From a virus (Duplodnaviria > Heunggongvirae > Uroviricota > Caudoviricetes), in IMG/VR virus record IMGVR_UViG_3300032318_002198: a DNA stretch of 64,000 bases. One strand, written 5' to 3'. A model generated the notes under the pieces. It saw only the letters and a list, made by a program, of their open reading frames with translations, searched no databases and was not told where the DNA came from. Position 1 is the stretch's first letter. The number at the start of each line of letters is the position of its first letter. The translations under genes and the position numbers were made by a program. This document shows, in pieces, positions 8,062 through 18,415 of this stretch.

Positions 8062-8933
8062 AAGCCTTGCCCGAAAAAATCGCTATCATTAAAATTTATA
8101 GGTATTGGATACGAAGCAGGAGCTCCTTGAGCTTGTTGTTCTTCAGTAGTCATTAATGTAAGCGGTTTTAATTCGTTATGTACTTTTAACTTATTTAGAT
8201 GTTTGTTGATACGATCAAACACATCCTTATCAACGTTATTAATATAATCCATTATGTTTTTACTATCGGTTACTTCTACTTCGGGAGTAACAATTTTGTA
8301 GATACTTTCACCAATAAGATTTACTGTGACTTGAGTGAGATTTGAAAAACTAGAATTAAATATTTCTAATTTTTTTTCATCAGTTAACTTGTCATCATTA
8401 ATAGCACTCATTATTTTATTAGCTTCGAAAGTCTGTAAACTAACTTTTGTCATGTGTTTATAAGTAAGAGGCTTTACATATATAAACAAATTAGAATCTA
8501 TATCTATTTCTTCGATCCAAGTATTGTTTTGTTGTTGATCTAGCAATATTCTAAGATCTAATTCGTATTCCACTTCTTCGTTAATTATAGGAACTTTGTT
8601 TTTTAATTGTAAAATTTCACCATACGTTGCTAATCTAATGGCAATTAATATTGTATCTAAATCTATAGAAGGAGTATCCCAGGCATTTTTGATATTAGGC
8701 ATGCAACTTTGAATTACATCGACTACTGCTTGTCCATTAAGGAGAGCGTCAGGAGTTTTAAACAAAAGTTCATCTTTTGCAGTCATTGAATAAACGGGAA
8801 ACTCTCCGTTTTCCGGAATTCTTATACTATTTTGTGGCCAATATTCTCCTCTACTGGGCAATGTTATATAGATTTTTGGTTGTCTCATATAATTTGCTAG
8901 TGGATTTTTATTGGTATTAACTCGAGTATTCAT
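8058..8933 (-). CDS. Baseplate hub assembly / tail chaperone, gp26/gp51-like
   Basis: NPLANYMRQPKIYITLPSRG, MTAKDELLFKTPDALLNG, DLDTILIAIRLATYGE; divergent from tape measure. Confidence 0.8.
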   Translation of the reverse strand: MNTRVNTNKNPLANYMRQPKIYITLPSRGEYWPQNSIRIPENGEFPVYSMTAKDELLFKTPDALLNGQAVVDVIQSCMPNIKNAWDTPSIDLDTILIAIRLATYGEILQLKNKVPIINEEVEYELDLRILLDQQQNNTWIEEIDIDSNLFIYVKPLTYKHMTKVSLQTFEANKIMSAINDDKLTDEKKLEIFNSSFSNLTQVTVNLIGESIYKIVTPEVEVTDSKNIMDYINNVDKDVFDRINKHLNKLKVHNELKPLTLMTTEEQQAQGAPASYPIPINFNDSDFFGQGF

Positions 8934-9006
8934 ATATTAACCTCTATAAATAATGTTATAACTACATTAATAGATATTTATGTAAGTACTTTATGGGTGA
9001 AAAATT

Positions 9007-11382
9007 ATGAGTGCAGCTTCAGAAGCCTTATTACAGGATATATTAGACCAAGCCAGAGTTACTAATACTAACCTTGCTGCGTTATTACGAGCTTCCGCAG
9101 GTGGCGGAGGTGGGGGTGGCGGCGGAGGCGGAGGTGGGGGTGGCGGAGGCCCTGATCCTAGAAGATTTAATGTTTTGAATGGTGTATTAACTAGTATTTC
9201 TTGGGCAGGTAATATAGTATCGAATGTATTTTCAAGTATAGGAAATTTTGCAGGAAAATTAGCCGGAGAGTTTGTTACATTAGCAGAGAAAGCATTTCAA
9301 GGATCTGCAAAATTTGGTGATTTATTTGGCGCAGCAACTAGGCTTACACAAGCATTACCATTATTAGGTGCAGTTCTTACTCCTTTAATGGGGGTTTTTG
9401 AAAAAATTATTGTATATCAAGAAACGTTATTAGAGCAATATCAATCATTAACAAAAAGTGGTGCAAGTTTTGCAGGTAGTTTAATTGAAATGAGATTATC
9501 GGCTTCTCGCGCCTATTTAACATTGGATCAATTTTCAAAAATTGTAAGAGAAAATAGTTCTTTATTTGCAACAGCAATAGGTGGTGTTAATGCTGGCATT
9601 AAAATATTCACAGCAGCGCAAAATAAGTTAGTTGATCCTAATGGACCATTTGGTAAAAACTTATTAGGTTTAGGTTATACAGCAGAAGAAGCCAGCGAAA
9701 TGTTGGGTATGTATATAAGTATGCAAGGTAATTTAAACAGAGCAAATAGGCAAAATACCTCACAAATGGCAGAAAGTACTAATAATTTAATAATGAATTT
9801 AGATGCCTATGCAAAACTAACAGGTGAAAGTAAAGAATCTTTAGAAAAAAAATTAAAAGAACAAACATTAGACGAAGAATTAAAAGCATTTTTATCAAGT
9901 TTGAATCCTGATGAAGTAGCTTCTGCTAATCAAGCGTTAGCAGCAGCCATGGTCTCCGGTGGAAAAGGCTTACAAGACGAAGTTAAAGTTCGTATTATGA
10001 GCAATAATAAAGTACAGGTTGCAGGAACAGAAGCTGCAAACAATCTTAGAGTAAGTTCTAGAAATCAAAGTGCTGCATCGGCGGACTTTTATTTTCAAGC
10101 ATTTAAAATGGGTCAAGGGAGTAAGAATTTTGTTTCTACATTGGAAAATGGAAGACGAATCTTAGCCGACGGAACTGGAAAATTTTTTAATGCAGTAGGC
10201 GGACCTGGTATGGCCGGAGTTATTTCCACGGTAGGAGGAGGTTTTAAAGTTGCTGCCGAACAAGCTAAAACATTTAATAGATTAAATGGTGAAACATTAA
10301 CAACAGAACAACGGTTACAAGAAATTCGAAAAGAACAAGAAAAGCAATTTAATTCTACAGCAGCCGCCTTAGCAGCAGCTCAAATGCAATTAAAGATATT
10401 TGGTAATCAAATAGGTGAACGATTCTTTCGTATGTTAGAACCTCTAAATGGTCCTATAATGGAAATAGGCCATTTACTAATGGATGCATTCGGCGGAACA
10501 ATAAATTATCTTACTGCTCCTAACGGTCCAATGAATAAATTAGGAACTGTTATAAATGATTATATTGTTCCTGCAATTAATTGGGCAGCAAATTGGATCA
10601 AAGACACATTTACTAGCCTAGCTAGTTCAAATACTACTCTGGAATTTTTTAAAAATTTATCTGATAGATTTAAAATTGCTTGGGAAAAAATATCTGAAGT
10701 ATTAGGCCCTCCGATAAAAAAATTCTGGGAAGAAACAGCAAAACCTATGTTAGCCGATGTTTTTACAGGAATAATGGATTGGATTATAACAGCCCTACGA
10801 AAAAATAGTTTGTTTGGTAGAATATTGTTTAATGAAACTGAGACTGAAAAAGAAGCTCGCAGGGCGAGAGAAGCAGATCCTTTATATCAAAAAATATACG
10901 AGGAACTTAGTATAAGGAATCCTCGTACTGGTAATGTTGCAGTCCGCCCAGAAGAATCCAGAGTAATCGAAGAATATCAAAGACAGAAGATTAAATTAGA
11001 AGCAGAAGCAAGGGATTTAGAGAAACAACGATTAATTAATGATTCTCAAAGATTAGAATTAATTAGAACATTATCTGAGCGAGAACGGGTAGTAGGGGGA
11101 CGAGCAGGTGGATCACTAGGTGCCACGGGAGGATTATTTGAAAATTTTGGATCAGGTACTCCTATGGAATTGCATGGTACAGAAGGAGTAGTTACGCCGG
11201 GTCAAATGAGTGATATAGTTGCAAATGCTGTAAAACAAGGAGAAAATACACAACTACTCGAAAAGTTTAATCAGCTAACTGCATTAACACAACAATTAGT
11301 AACGCTTATGCAAGAAAATGCTAACAATTCTCGTAGAAGTCTTGATGCAATTCAGAACTTGAACGGTAATTTGCTTGCTTAA
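9007..11382 (+). CDS. Tail tape measure protein (probable)
   Basis: 791 aa Ala/Gly-rich helical protein, Trp-spaced region, C-terminal GGSLG...LHGTEGVVTP; TATAAATA at 8945-8952; N-terminal poly-Gly. Confidence 0.7.
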   Translation: MSAASEALLQDILDQARVTNTNLAALLRASAGGGGGGGGGGGGGGGGGPDPRRFNVLNGVLTSISWAGNIVSNVFSSIGNFAGKLAGEFVTLAEKAFQGSAKFGDLFGAATRLTQALPLLGAVLTPLMGVFEKIIVYQETLLEQYQSLTKSGASFAGSLIEMRLSASRAYLTLDQFSKIVRENSSLFATAIGGVNAGIKIFTAAQNKLVDPNGPFGKNLLGLGYTAEEASEMLGMYISMQGNLNRANRQNTSQMAESTNNLIMNLDAYAKLTGESKESLEKKLKEQTLDEELKAFLSSLNPDEVASANQALAAAMVSGGKGLQDEVKVRIMSNNKVQVAGTEAANNLRVSSRNQSAASADFYFQAFKMGQGSKNFVSTLENGRRILADGTGKFFNAVGGPGMAGVISTVGGGFKVAAEQAKTFNRLNGETLTTEQRLQEIRKEQEKQFNSTAAALAAAQMQLKIFGNQIGERFFRMLEPLNGPIMEIGHLLMDAFGGTINYLTAPNGPMNKLGTVINDYIVPAINWAANWIKDTFTSLASSNTTLEFFKNLSDRFKIAWEKISEVLGPPIKKFWEETAKPMLADVFTGIMDWIITALRKNSLFGRILFNETETEKEARRAREADPLYQKIYEELSIRNPRTGNVAVRPEESRVIEEYQRQKIKLEAEARDLEKQRLINDSQRLELIRTLSERERVVGGRAGGSLGATGGLFENFGSGTPMELHGTEGVVTPGQMSDIVANAVKQGENTQLLEKFNQLTALTQQLVTLMQENANNSRRSLDAIQNLNGNLLA

Positions 11383-11434
11383 TATAACATTGTACACATT
11401 TTAAAACATAAATATAACACTGAGATATTAAAAC

Positions 11435-13213
11435 ATGAGCTGGCGAAAGTACTTTACACCAATAAAAACACAAACTTCGGGTCAAATGAGCCCAATAAGC
11501 GGCAGTGGATCATCTACGAATCCACTTAGAACTAACTATTCTAGCTTTTTACCCGACGTATATACTGGACATCCTAATCGTTTAGAACGTTATGGACAAT
11601 ATGATACGATGGATTGGGATAGTGAAGTTAATGCTGCATTAGATATATTGGCAGAATTTTGCACACAAATGAATGATGAGAATGGAACTCCGTTCCAAGT
11701 GTTTTATAAAGAACAAGCTACGCCAACTGAGATTAAAATAATTAAGAAATATCTTCAACAGTGGACAAAATTAAACAAATTTCATACTCGTATATTTAAA
11801 ATTGTACGTAATTCCTTTAAATATGGTGATGTTTTCTTTGTTAGAGATCCTGAAACATTGAGTTGGATGTATGTTGATCCAGCTAAAGTTGATAAAATTA
11901 TCGTAAATGAGTCCGAAGGTAAGGCCCCTGAGCAATATATTATTAGAGATTGGAACCCAAATTTAGAAACATTGGCTGCTACGGCTATACAACCAAGTAA
12001 TGTTCATGGTGGCGGTAGTACATTTGGTGGAAGTTATGGCACTGGCCAAGGTGGAGCAGGTGGTAGTAGAGGTATGGTCGGAGCTTTTCCGACTAGTACA
12101 AACTCTAATAGATTCCAAGTTGAGCAAAATCAATATCCGATAGATGCTAAACATGTAATTCATATATCCATGAGTGAAGGTTTAGATAACAATTATCCGT
12201 TTGGTAATAGTTTAATGGAGACTATTTTTAAAGTTTTTAAACAAAAAGAACTGTTAGAAGATAGTATTATCATTTATCGTGTACAACGGGCACCGGAACG
12301 CCGTGTATTTTATATAGATGTAGGTAATATGCCCAGCCATTTGGCTATGAGTTTCGTTGAAAGAGTTAAAAACGAAGTAAATCAACGAAGAATTCCTAGT
12401 AATACCGGCGGAAGTCAAACAGTAATCGATTCGGGATTTAATGCCCTCTCTATAAATGAAGATTACTTCTTTCCCACTACTGCCGAAGGACGAGGAAGTA
12501 AGGTAGAAATCTTACCGGGCGGAACAAATTTAGGAGAAATAGATGATCTTAAGTATTTTACTAATAAGTTGTTTAGGGCTTTGCGGATACCTAGTAGCTA
12601 CCTCCCTACTGGACCTGACGACGGAGGAAGCAACTTCAATGATGGTCGAGTTGGAACAGCATACATTCAAGAACTTAGATTCAACAAATACTGTGAACGA
12701 TTACAAAGTTTAATGAATGAAAGTTTCAGTAATGAATTTAAATATTACTTGAAAGAAAAAGGCATCAATATTGATTGGAATATTTTTGATCTAAAGTTTA
12801 ATCCACCACAAAACTTTGCTGCATATAGACAAAGTGAAATGGATTCAGCTAGAGTTGCAACATTTGGCTCAGTAGTAGGAGTACCATTTATTAGTAGACG
12901 TTTTGCATTGAAGAGATTCTTAGGATTAACTGCTGAAGAAGTTACTGAAAACGAAAAACTATGGAGTGAGGAAAATCAAGATACTAACGATGCTTTACCG
13001 TCGAGTGCCGAACTTCGCAGTGCAGGTATCACTGGCAATAGTATAGCAGGTGATATGTCTGCATTAGGTGATAATGAACCTCCACCCGAATTAGGCCCCG
13101 AGGGCGGTGAAGGCGGAATTCCTGCTGGAGGAGCACCGGGCGGAGCTCCTGGAGGAGCAACACCAGGTAGTCCTGCGCCCGGTGGAACATCACCGATTGG
13201 CGGAATGAGATAA
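11435..13213 (+). CDS. Portal protein, T4 gp20-like
   Basis: LLEDSIIIYRVQRAPERRVFYIDVGNMP, EDYFFP, GRGSKVEILPGG, ELRFNKYCERLQ. Confidence 0.96.
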   Translation: MSWRKYFTPIKTQTSGQMSPISGSGSSTNPLRTNYSSFLPDVYTGHPNRLERYGQYDTMDWDSEVNAALDILAEFCTQMNDENGTPFQVFYKEQATPTEIKIIKKYLQQWTKLNKFHTRIFKIVRNSFKYGDVFFVRDPETLSWMYVDPAKVDKIIVNESEGKAPEQYIIRDWNPNLETLAATAIQPSNVHGGGSTFGGSYGTGQGGAGGSRGMVGAFPTSTNSNRFQVEQNQYPIDAKHVIHISMSEGLDNNYPFGNSLMETIFKVFKQKELLEDSIIIYRVQRAPERRVFYIDVGNMPSHLAMSFVERVKNEVNQRRIPSNTGGSQTVIDSGFNALSINEDYFFPTTAEGRGSKVEILPGGTNLGEIDDLKYFTNKLFRALRIPSSYLPTGPDDGGSNFNDGRVGTAYIQELRFNKYCERLQSLMNESFSNEFKYYLKEKGINIDWNIFDLKFNPPQNFAAYRQSEMDSARVATFGSVVGVPFISRRFALKRFLGLTAEEVTENEKLWSEENQDTNDALPSSAELRSAGITGNSIAGDMSALGDNEPPPELGPEGGEGGIPAGGAPGGAPGGATPGSPAPGGTSPIGGMR

Positions 13214-13221
13214 ATAAAGTT

Positions 13222-13470
13222 ATGTTACTAAGGGAATTCATTTATTTTGATAAAGATCATGCTGAGCCTTACTCAGATGATCGTTATTTGCCAGACTTTG
13301 ATCAAACTATTCTTGATATGGATGATCTTAGAAAAACACCAAAGTTAACTTTAAGAGCAATAAATGATATACGTAAAGCCGGCGAAGCTAGGGAAAAAGA
13401 AGTTAAGGAAAATTTAGGTTTAATTAGAAAAATGTACGCAACTCCTGAGCCCGAGCAGGCTCCTATGTAA
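13222..13470 (+). CDS. Small head-assembly protein (gp67/68 position)
   Basis: Between portal and acidic core protein; TAAATA 5 nt upstream of ATG. Confidence 0.6.
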   Translation: MLLREFIYFDKDHAEPYSDDRYLPDFDQTILDMDDLRKTPKLTLRAINDIRKAGEAREKEVKENLGLIRKMYATPEPEQAPM

Positions 13471-13574
13471 ATTTTAATCAAAAATCGCGATTTTTCGCCT
13501 ATTATTGGCGTAAATTTTTATTATTCTGTAAATATATTACAGATCTTGCCGCAACCTACTAAGGAGAACAATGC

Positions 13575-14666
13575 ATGAGTACTAAATTTGAACAATTACT
13601 AGACTATTTAGTTAATGAAGAAATGGATAAAGCCAATGAGTTATTCCACGAAATCGTTGTTGAAAAGTCTAAAGACATATACGAAAATCTAATTTCTGAA
13701 GAAGAAGAGGATGAAGAAGTAGACGAGTCTGCTGACGACGAAGATGATGAATCTGTTGAAGAAGCAGCAGATGACGAAGATAATGAATCTGTTGAAGAAG
13801 CAGCAGATGACGAAGATGATGAATCCATCGACGAAGGCGAAGAAGAATTAGAAGACTCTTACGTAATGGATGGTGACGATGACACCGGAGATCCTACAGA
13901 TGACATGCTAGGCGATGTTGAAGCCGGTGCTGACGACGAAGCGGGCATGGATGCCGATGATGGCATGGACATGGGTGCCGATGATGGTATGGACATGGAC
14001 GGAGAAGGATCCGAAGACAGCGCCATGATGGATATTAAGAACGCCATACAAGAACTAGAAGCAGCATTTGCCGAATTAGAAGCATCACAAGGTGGTGCCG
14101 ATGATATGGGTGCTGATTTTGATGCCGATATGGGTGCCGATGATGACATGGGTATGGGTGCCGATGATGATGAATTAAAAATGGGCATGTATGAAGGAAA
14201 AAAGCGTGTAACACGTGAATATGTAGAAAAAGTCGGTAACGACTGGAATGGTAGCTCTCAAAAAGCCCAAGGTAAAGCTGTTGGAGCCGATACTGGTGAT
14301 AAAATGGGTAGCCCAGCTGAAGGAAAAAGCCCTATCAGTTCAGGAAAAGGTAAGCCAACTACAGGCGCAACCGCTGCAAATATTTTAGGCAGTAAAGGAA
14401 CTGGTGAAGGAACAAACACAGGAACTAAGCCTGCTGGTAAAGCTGGTGGATTCCTTAAGCCTGCCCAAGATATGAAGACTGGTAACGGAAACGTTCCTGG
14501 TGGTAAAATGGGTGTTAAGAATCTAAGTAAAGTAGCCGGCGGTCACGGTGCTGAGAAAAAATCTAGTGGACCTGGTCCAGTAGGTGCAGGTACAGGAGAG
14601 AAAGCAGGTCAAACCTCAATTGCTCCCGAAACCAAGAAGCAGTTCTTAAAGCCTTATAGCAAATAA
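13575..14666 (+). CDS. Acidic prohead core/scaffold-like protein
   Basis: D/E-rich N half with 36-nt tandem repeats (~13740-13826), G/K-rich C half; strong SD AAGGAG; precedes protease. Confidence 0.65.
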   Translation: MSTKFEQLLDYLVNEEMDKANELFHEIVVEKSKDIYENLISEEEEDEEVDESADDEDDESVEEAADDEDNESVEEAADDEDDESIDEGEEELEDSYVMDGDDDTGDPTDDMLGDVEAGADDEAGMDADDGMDMGADDGMDMDGEGSEDSAMMDIKNAIQELEAAFAELEASQGGADDMGADFDADMGADDDMGMGADDDELKMGMYEGKKRVTREYVEKVGNDWNGSSQKAQGKAVGADTGDKMGSPAEGKSPISSGKGKPTTGATAANILGSKGTGEGTNTGTKPAGKAGGFLKPAQDMKTGNGNVPGGKMGVKNLSKVAGGHGAEKKSSGPGPVGAGTGEKAGQTSIAPETKKQFLKPYSK

Positions 14667-14679
14667 TTAGAGAATCAGG

Positions 14680-15309
14680 ATGAAAATACGTTATCTACGT
14701 GAACATTTAAGTTTTGATCAATCTGGTATTATACTAGAAAGTGATGATAAAGATGGAAAAAATCTTTATCTAAAAGGTATAGCAATCCAAGGGGGTATAC
14801 GAAATGCCAATGGCAGAGTATATCCTGTTGACGAAATTGAACGTGCTGTAAAAACTTTAAATGATCAAATACAAAATGGTTATTCTGTCTTAGGTGAAGT
14901 TGATCATCCTGACGATTTAAAAGTTAATTTGGACCGAGTATCACATATGATTACTCAAATGTGGATGGAAGGTCCTAATGGTTATGGAAAAATGAAAATT
15001 CTTCCTACACCCATGGGCAACCTTATTCGCACAATGCTCGAAAGTGGAGTAAAACTTGGCGTAAGTTCTCGCGGTAGCGGTAACGTTAACGACGGAAATG
15101 GTCAAGTATCTGAGTTTGAGATTATTACTGTGGATATTGTTGCACAACCGAGTGCTCCGGGCGCGTATCCAACTCCTGTTTATGAACATCTCATGAACGC
15201 CCGAACTGGATATAAGGCTTGGCAAGTAGCAAGCGAAGTAAAAGAAGATCCAAAAGCTCAGAAATATTTACAGGAATCTCTTCTGCAAATAATTAAAGGT
15301 CTAAAATAA
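14680..15309 (+). CDS. Prohead protease, T4 gp21-like
   Basis: NANGRVYP, LGEVDHP, VSH, GVSSRGSG, TVDIVAQPSAPGA. Confidence 0.95.
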   Translation: MKIRYLREHLSFDQSGIILESDDKDGKNLYLKGIAIQGGIRNANGRVYPVDEIERAVKTLNDQIQNGYSVLGEVDHPDDLKVNLDRVSHMITQMWMEGPNGYGKMKILPTPMGNLIRTMLESGVKLGVSSRGSGNVNDGNGQVSEFEIITVDIVAQPSAPGAYPTPVYEHLMNARTGYKAWQVASEVKEDPKAQKYLQESLLQIIKGLK

Positions 15310-15923
15310 TGAAAACAGAAGCTTACTTATACAAATGGACACATATGCCAACAAACCGTTGGTATATAGGTTCCAGAACTAGAAAAAATTGTCATCCTAA
15401 TGACGGGTACATTTGTTCTAGTCGTTTAGTAAAACCATACATTTTAGAAAATAGGTCTGAATGGGTGAGAGAATTGATATGTATAGGAGAACCAGAATAT
15501 ATTAGAATTTTAGAAGGTCGTTATCTAGAACTGCTAGATGCTAAAAATGATCCAAGGAGTTTTAATAAACATAACGGAGATGGCAAATTTAGCACAACCG
15601 GAATGGCATCGTGGAATAAAGGTAAAAAAACTGGAATTGCACCTTGGAATAAAAATTTACCATCAACCGAACAACCGTTTTACGGAAAAACATTTTCTAA
15701 GGAAACTTGCAAACAATTGAGAGAATCTCAAACAGGTTCGAATAATTCGATGTATGGAAAAACTCCTTGGAATAAAGGTTTGACTGGAGTATTTCAGCAA
15801 TCTGCTGAATCTAATCAGAAACGCAGTGCAAAATTAAAAGGCATTCCACGGTCTGATGAAGTAATAGCTAAAATTAGAGCAACAAAAGCTGCTAATAAGG
15901 CTAAAAATATAGTAGGGGTGTAA
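15309..15923 (+). mobile_element. Free-standing GIY-YIG (Seg-like) homing endonuclease with NUMOD3-like repeats
   Basis: YLYKW...WYIGSR; SWNKG/PWNK/MYGKTPWNKG repeats; TAATG overlap with protease stop. Confidence 0.8.
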
Positions 15924-15929
15924 ATACTC

Positions 15930-16007
15930 ATGCTAAAAGAAGAAGATCCAAAGGCCCAGAAATATCTAAAAGAAAGTATCTTGCAGATTATTAAAGGTCT
16001 AAAATAA
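15930..16007 (+). other. Duplicated 3' end of the protease gene, forming a 25-codon mini-ORF
   Basis: MLKEEDPKAQKYLKESILQIIKGLK* versus protease end EVKEDPKAQKYLQESLLQIIKGLK* (15241-15309). Confidence 0.85.
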
Positions 16008-16023
16008 GCCCGAGGAGAAATAA

Positions 16024-17112
16024 ATGTTGGACGCATTCAAAAAATTAGTTGAAAGTGGTTTAATAAATGAGGATGTTAAATCTGAATTAGAAAACGCACT
16101 AACACAAAAACTACAAGAGAATCGCGACCAAGTTACCGCAGAACTTCGTGAAGAATTTGCACAAAAATACAATCATGATAAACAAATCATGGTTGAAGCA
16201 ATCGACAAGATGTTAAGCGAAAGATTGGTTGCGGAAATTTCTGAGTTCCAAGAAGACAGAAAATCTCTAGCTGAAGCAAAACAAGAATACAAAAAACGTA
16301 TTAGTGAAGATGCTCGTAAGTTAGAAGGATTTGTTATCAAACAACTCGGAAGAGAAGTATCGGAATTCCAAAGTGATCGTAAAAAAGTCACTGAAAACTT
16401 TAAAAAGTTAGAGCAGTTTGTTGTTCACGCTCTAGCTAAAGAAATCAACGAATTTGCTGTTGATAAACGTGATCTAGCTGAAACAAAAGTTAAACTAGTT
16501 CGTGAAGCAAAAACCAAATTTGAAGATATAAAACAGAGATTTATTCAGCGTTCAGCTAAAGTTGTTGAAGCAACAGTTACTCGTAAATTAACATCTGAAA
16601 TCAAGCAATTGAAAGAAGATATCGATAGCTCTCGCAACAATGATTTTGGACGCAGAATTTACGAAGCTTTTGCACAAGAATTTGCAGGTTCTTATCTTAA
16701 CGAAAAATCTGAAACAAGTAAATTGTTAAAGATTATTGATAAGAAAGAGCAACAATTGGCTGAAGCAAAAAATGTCATAACAGAAAAAAATACGTTAGTT
16801 GAATCTCGTAATCGCGAACTTCGCATCACTAAAGATTTAATGGAACGTAAACAAATTATGGCAGAAATGTTGGCACCTTTAAGTGCTGACAAAAAAGAGG
16901 TAATGCAACAACTCTTAGAATCTGTTAAAACAGAAAAACTAAGTGTTGCATTTGACAAGTACCTACCCGCAGTAATGGATGGCGGAAAGAAAAAAGTAAC
17001 CCAAAAAGTTTCTTTAACTGAAAGCACTGAAGTAACAGGTAATCGTGAGACCAAGCCTGAGGTAGGCTTAGACAACATATTAGATATCCGCAAATTAGCG
17101 GGTCTAAAATAA
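16024..17112 (+). CDS. Prohead scaffolding protein, gp22-like
   Basis: Long coiled coil between protease and MCP; SD GAGGAG; ends IRKLAGLK. Confidence 0.85.
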   Translation: MLDAFKKLVESGLINEDVKSELENALTQKLQENRDQVTAELREEFAQKYNHDKQIMVEAIDKMLSERLVAEISEFQEDRKSLAEAKQEYKKRISEDARKLEGFVIKQLGREVSEFQSDRKKVTENFKKLEQFVVHALAKEINEFAVDKRDLAETKVKLVREAKTKFEDIKQRFIQRSAKVVEATVTRKLTSEIKQLKEDIDSSRNNDFGRRIYEAFAQEFAGSYLNEKSETSKLLKIIDKKEQQLAEAKNVITEKNTLVESRNRELRITKDLMERKQIMAEMLAPLSADKKEVMQQLLESVKTEKLSVAFDKYLPAVMDGGKKKVTQKVSLTESTEVTGNRETKPEVGLDNILDIRKLAGLK

Positions 17113-17130
17113 TTCAAGGAGACAAAAAAA

Positions 17131-18312
17131 ATGTCAAAACTTTTAAATGAAAGATGGTCAGAGACCAAAGACGCTCTGCTTGAAGGCCTACAAGGTAACC
17201 GTCGTGCTGCAATGGGCGTTTGCCTAGAAAACACACGTAAGTACTTGGCTGAAAGCGCAACTGCTGGTGCAACTAGCGCCGGTAACGTAGCAACACTTAA
17301 TCGTGTTATTCTTCCGGTTATACGTCGGGTTATGCCGACAGTTATCGCTAACGAAATCGTTGGTGTTCAACCAATGACTGGACCTGTTGCACAGATCCAC
17401 ACTCTACGTGTTCGTTATGCAGATACAGCAGCCGGGGTTGTAGCCGGTGAAGAAGCAATGAGCCCATTCAAGATTGCTGAAGCATATTCGGGTAACGAAA
17501 GCACCAACAATCCTAAAGCTCAAGCTACAAGCACTCTTGAAGGTCGTCCTGGTAACAAGATGAACATTCAAATCTTGAAACAGACAGTTGAAGCCAAGAG
17601 CCGCAAACTAAGCGCTCGTTGGACCTTCGAAGCTGCACAAGATGCACAAGCCCAACAAGGCATTGACATCGAGGCAGAAATTATGGCTGCTCTAGCTCAA
17701 GAAATTACAGCTGAAATCGACCAAGAAGTTCTACAATCTCTACGTGCATTAGCAAGTGTAGAAGAAACGTACGACCAATCATTGGTTTCTGGTACAGCTA
17801 CATTCGTTGGTGACGAACATGCTGCTCTAGCTATCCAAATCAACCGTGTAAGCAACTTAATTGCTCAGCGTACACGTCGTGGTGCTGGTAACTGGGCTGT
17901 TGTTTCTAACCAAGCTCTTACAATTCTCCAGAGCGCAACTACAAGTGCATTCGCTCGTACTACAGAAGGTACTTTCGAAGCTCCTACAAACACCAAGTTT
18001 GTTGGTACACTAAACGGCGCAATGAGAATTTATGTTGACGCATATTTGAGCGATGCTACTGCTCAAGATAACAACCAAGTTCTTATTGGTTACAAAGGCT
18101 CTAGCGAAGCAGATGCTGCTGCGTTCTATTGCCCATATATTCCGTTGATGAGCTCTGGTGTTGTTCTTGACCCGGCAACTTTTGAACCAGTAGTTGGTTT
18201 CTTGACGAGATATGGCTACGTCGAGCTCACTAATACTGCTTCGAGCCTTGGCAATGCGGCAGATTATTTGGGGAAGGTAGCGATAACTGCTGCTAAAGTT
18301 AGCTTCAAGTAA
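17131..18312 (+). CDS. Major capsid protein, T4 gp23-like
   Basis: IVGVQPMTGP, KSRKLSARWTFEAAQD, EITAEIDQE, FYCPYIPL, GFLTRYG. Confidence 0.97.
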   Translation: MSKLLNERWSETKDALLEGLQGNRRAAMGVCLENTRKYLAESATAGATSAGNVATLNRVILPVIRRVMPTVIANEIVGVQPMTGPVAQIHTLRVRYADTAAGVVAGEEAMSPFKIAEAYSGNESTNNPKAQATSTLEGRPGNKMNIQILKQTVEAKSRKLSARWTFEAAQDAQAQQGIDIEAEIMAALAQEITAEIDQEVLQSLRALASVEETYDQSLVSGTATFVGDEHAALAIQINRVSNLIAQRTRRGAGNWAVVSNQALTILQSATTSAFARTTEGTFEAPTNTKFVGTLNGAMRIYVDAYLSDATAQDNNQVLIGYKGSSEADAAAFYCPYIPLMSSGVVLDPATFEPVVGFLTRYGYVELTNTASSLGNAADYLGKVAITAAKVSFK

Positions 18313-18338
18313 TATATTACTTGATTTTGTTAAATCAA

Positions 18339-18360
18339 AACCCGCTTCGGCGGGTTTTTT
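18339..18360 (+). terminator. Intrinsic terminator after MCP
   Basis: AACCCGC-TTCG-GCGGGTT followed by T run. Confidence 0.9.
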
Positions 18361-18415
18361 CTTGATTATATTTCTAAAAACAGTTAATATAGAATTAACA
18401 AACATAAATAATATT

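Noticed and set aside
9099-9150. G-rich tract as a G-quadruplex or regulatory repeat
   Set aside because: Explained by a poly-Gly linker in the tape measure protein with a short duplication; no independent evidence of function
13604-14188. Antisense poly-Ser ORFs
   Set aside because: Mirror of GAT/GAA/GAC codons in the acidic core protein
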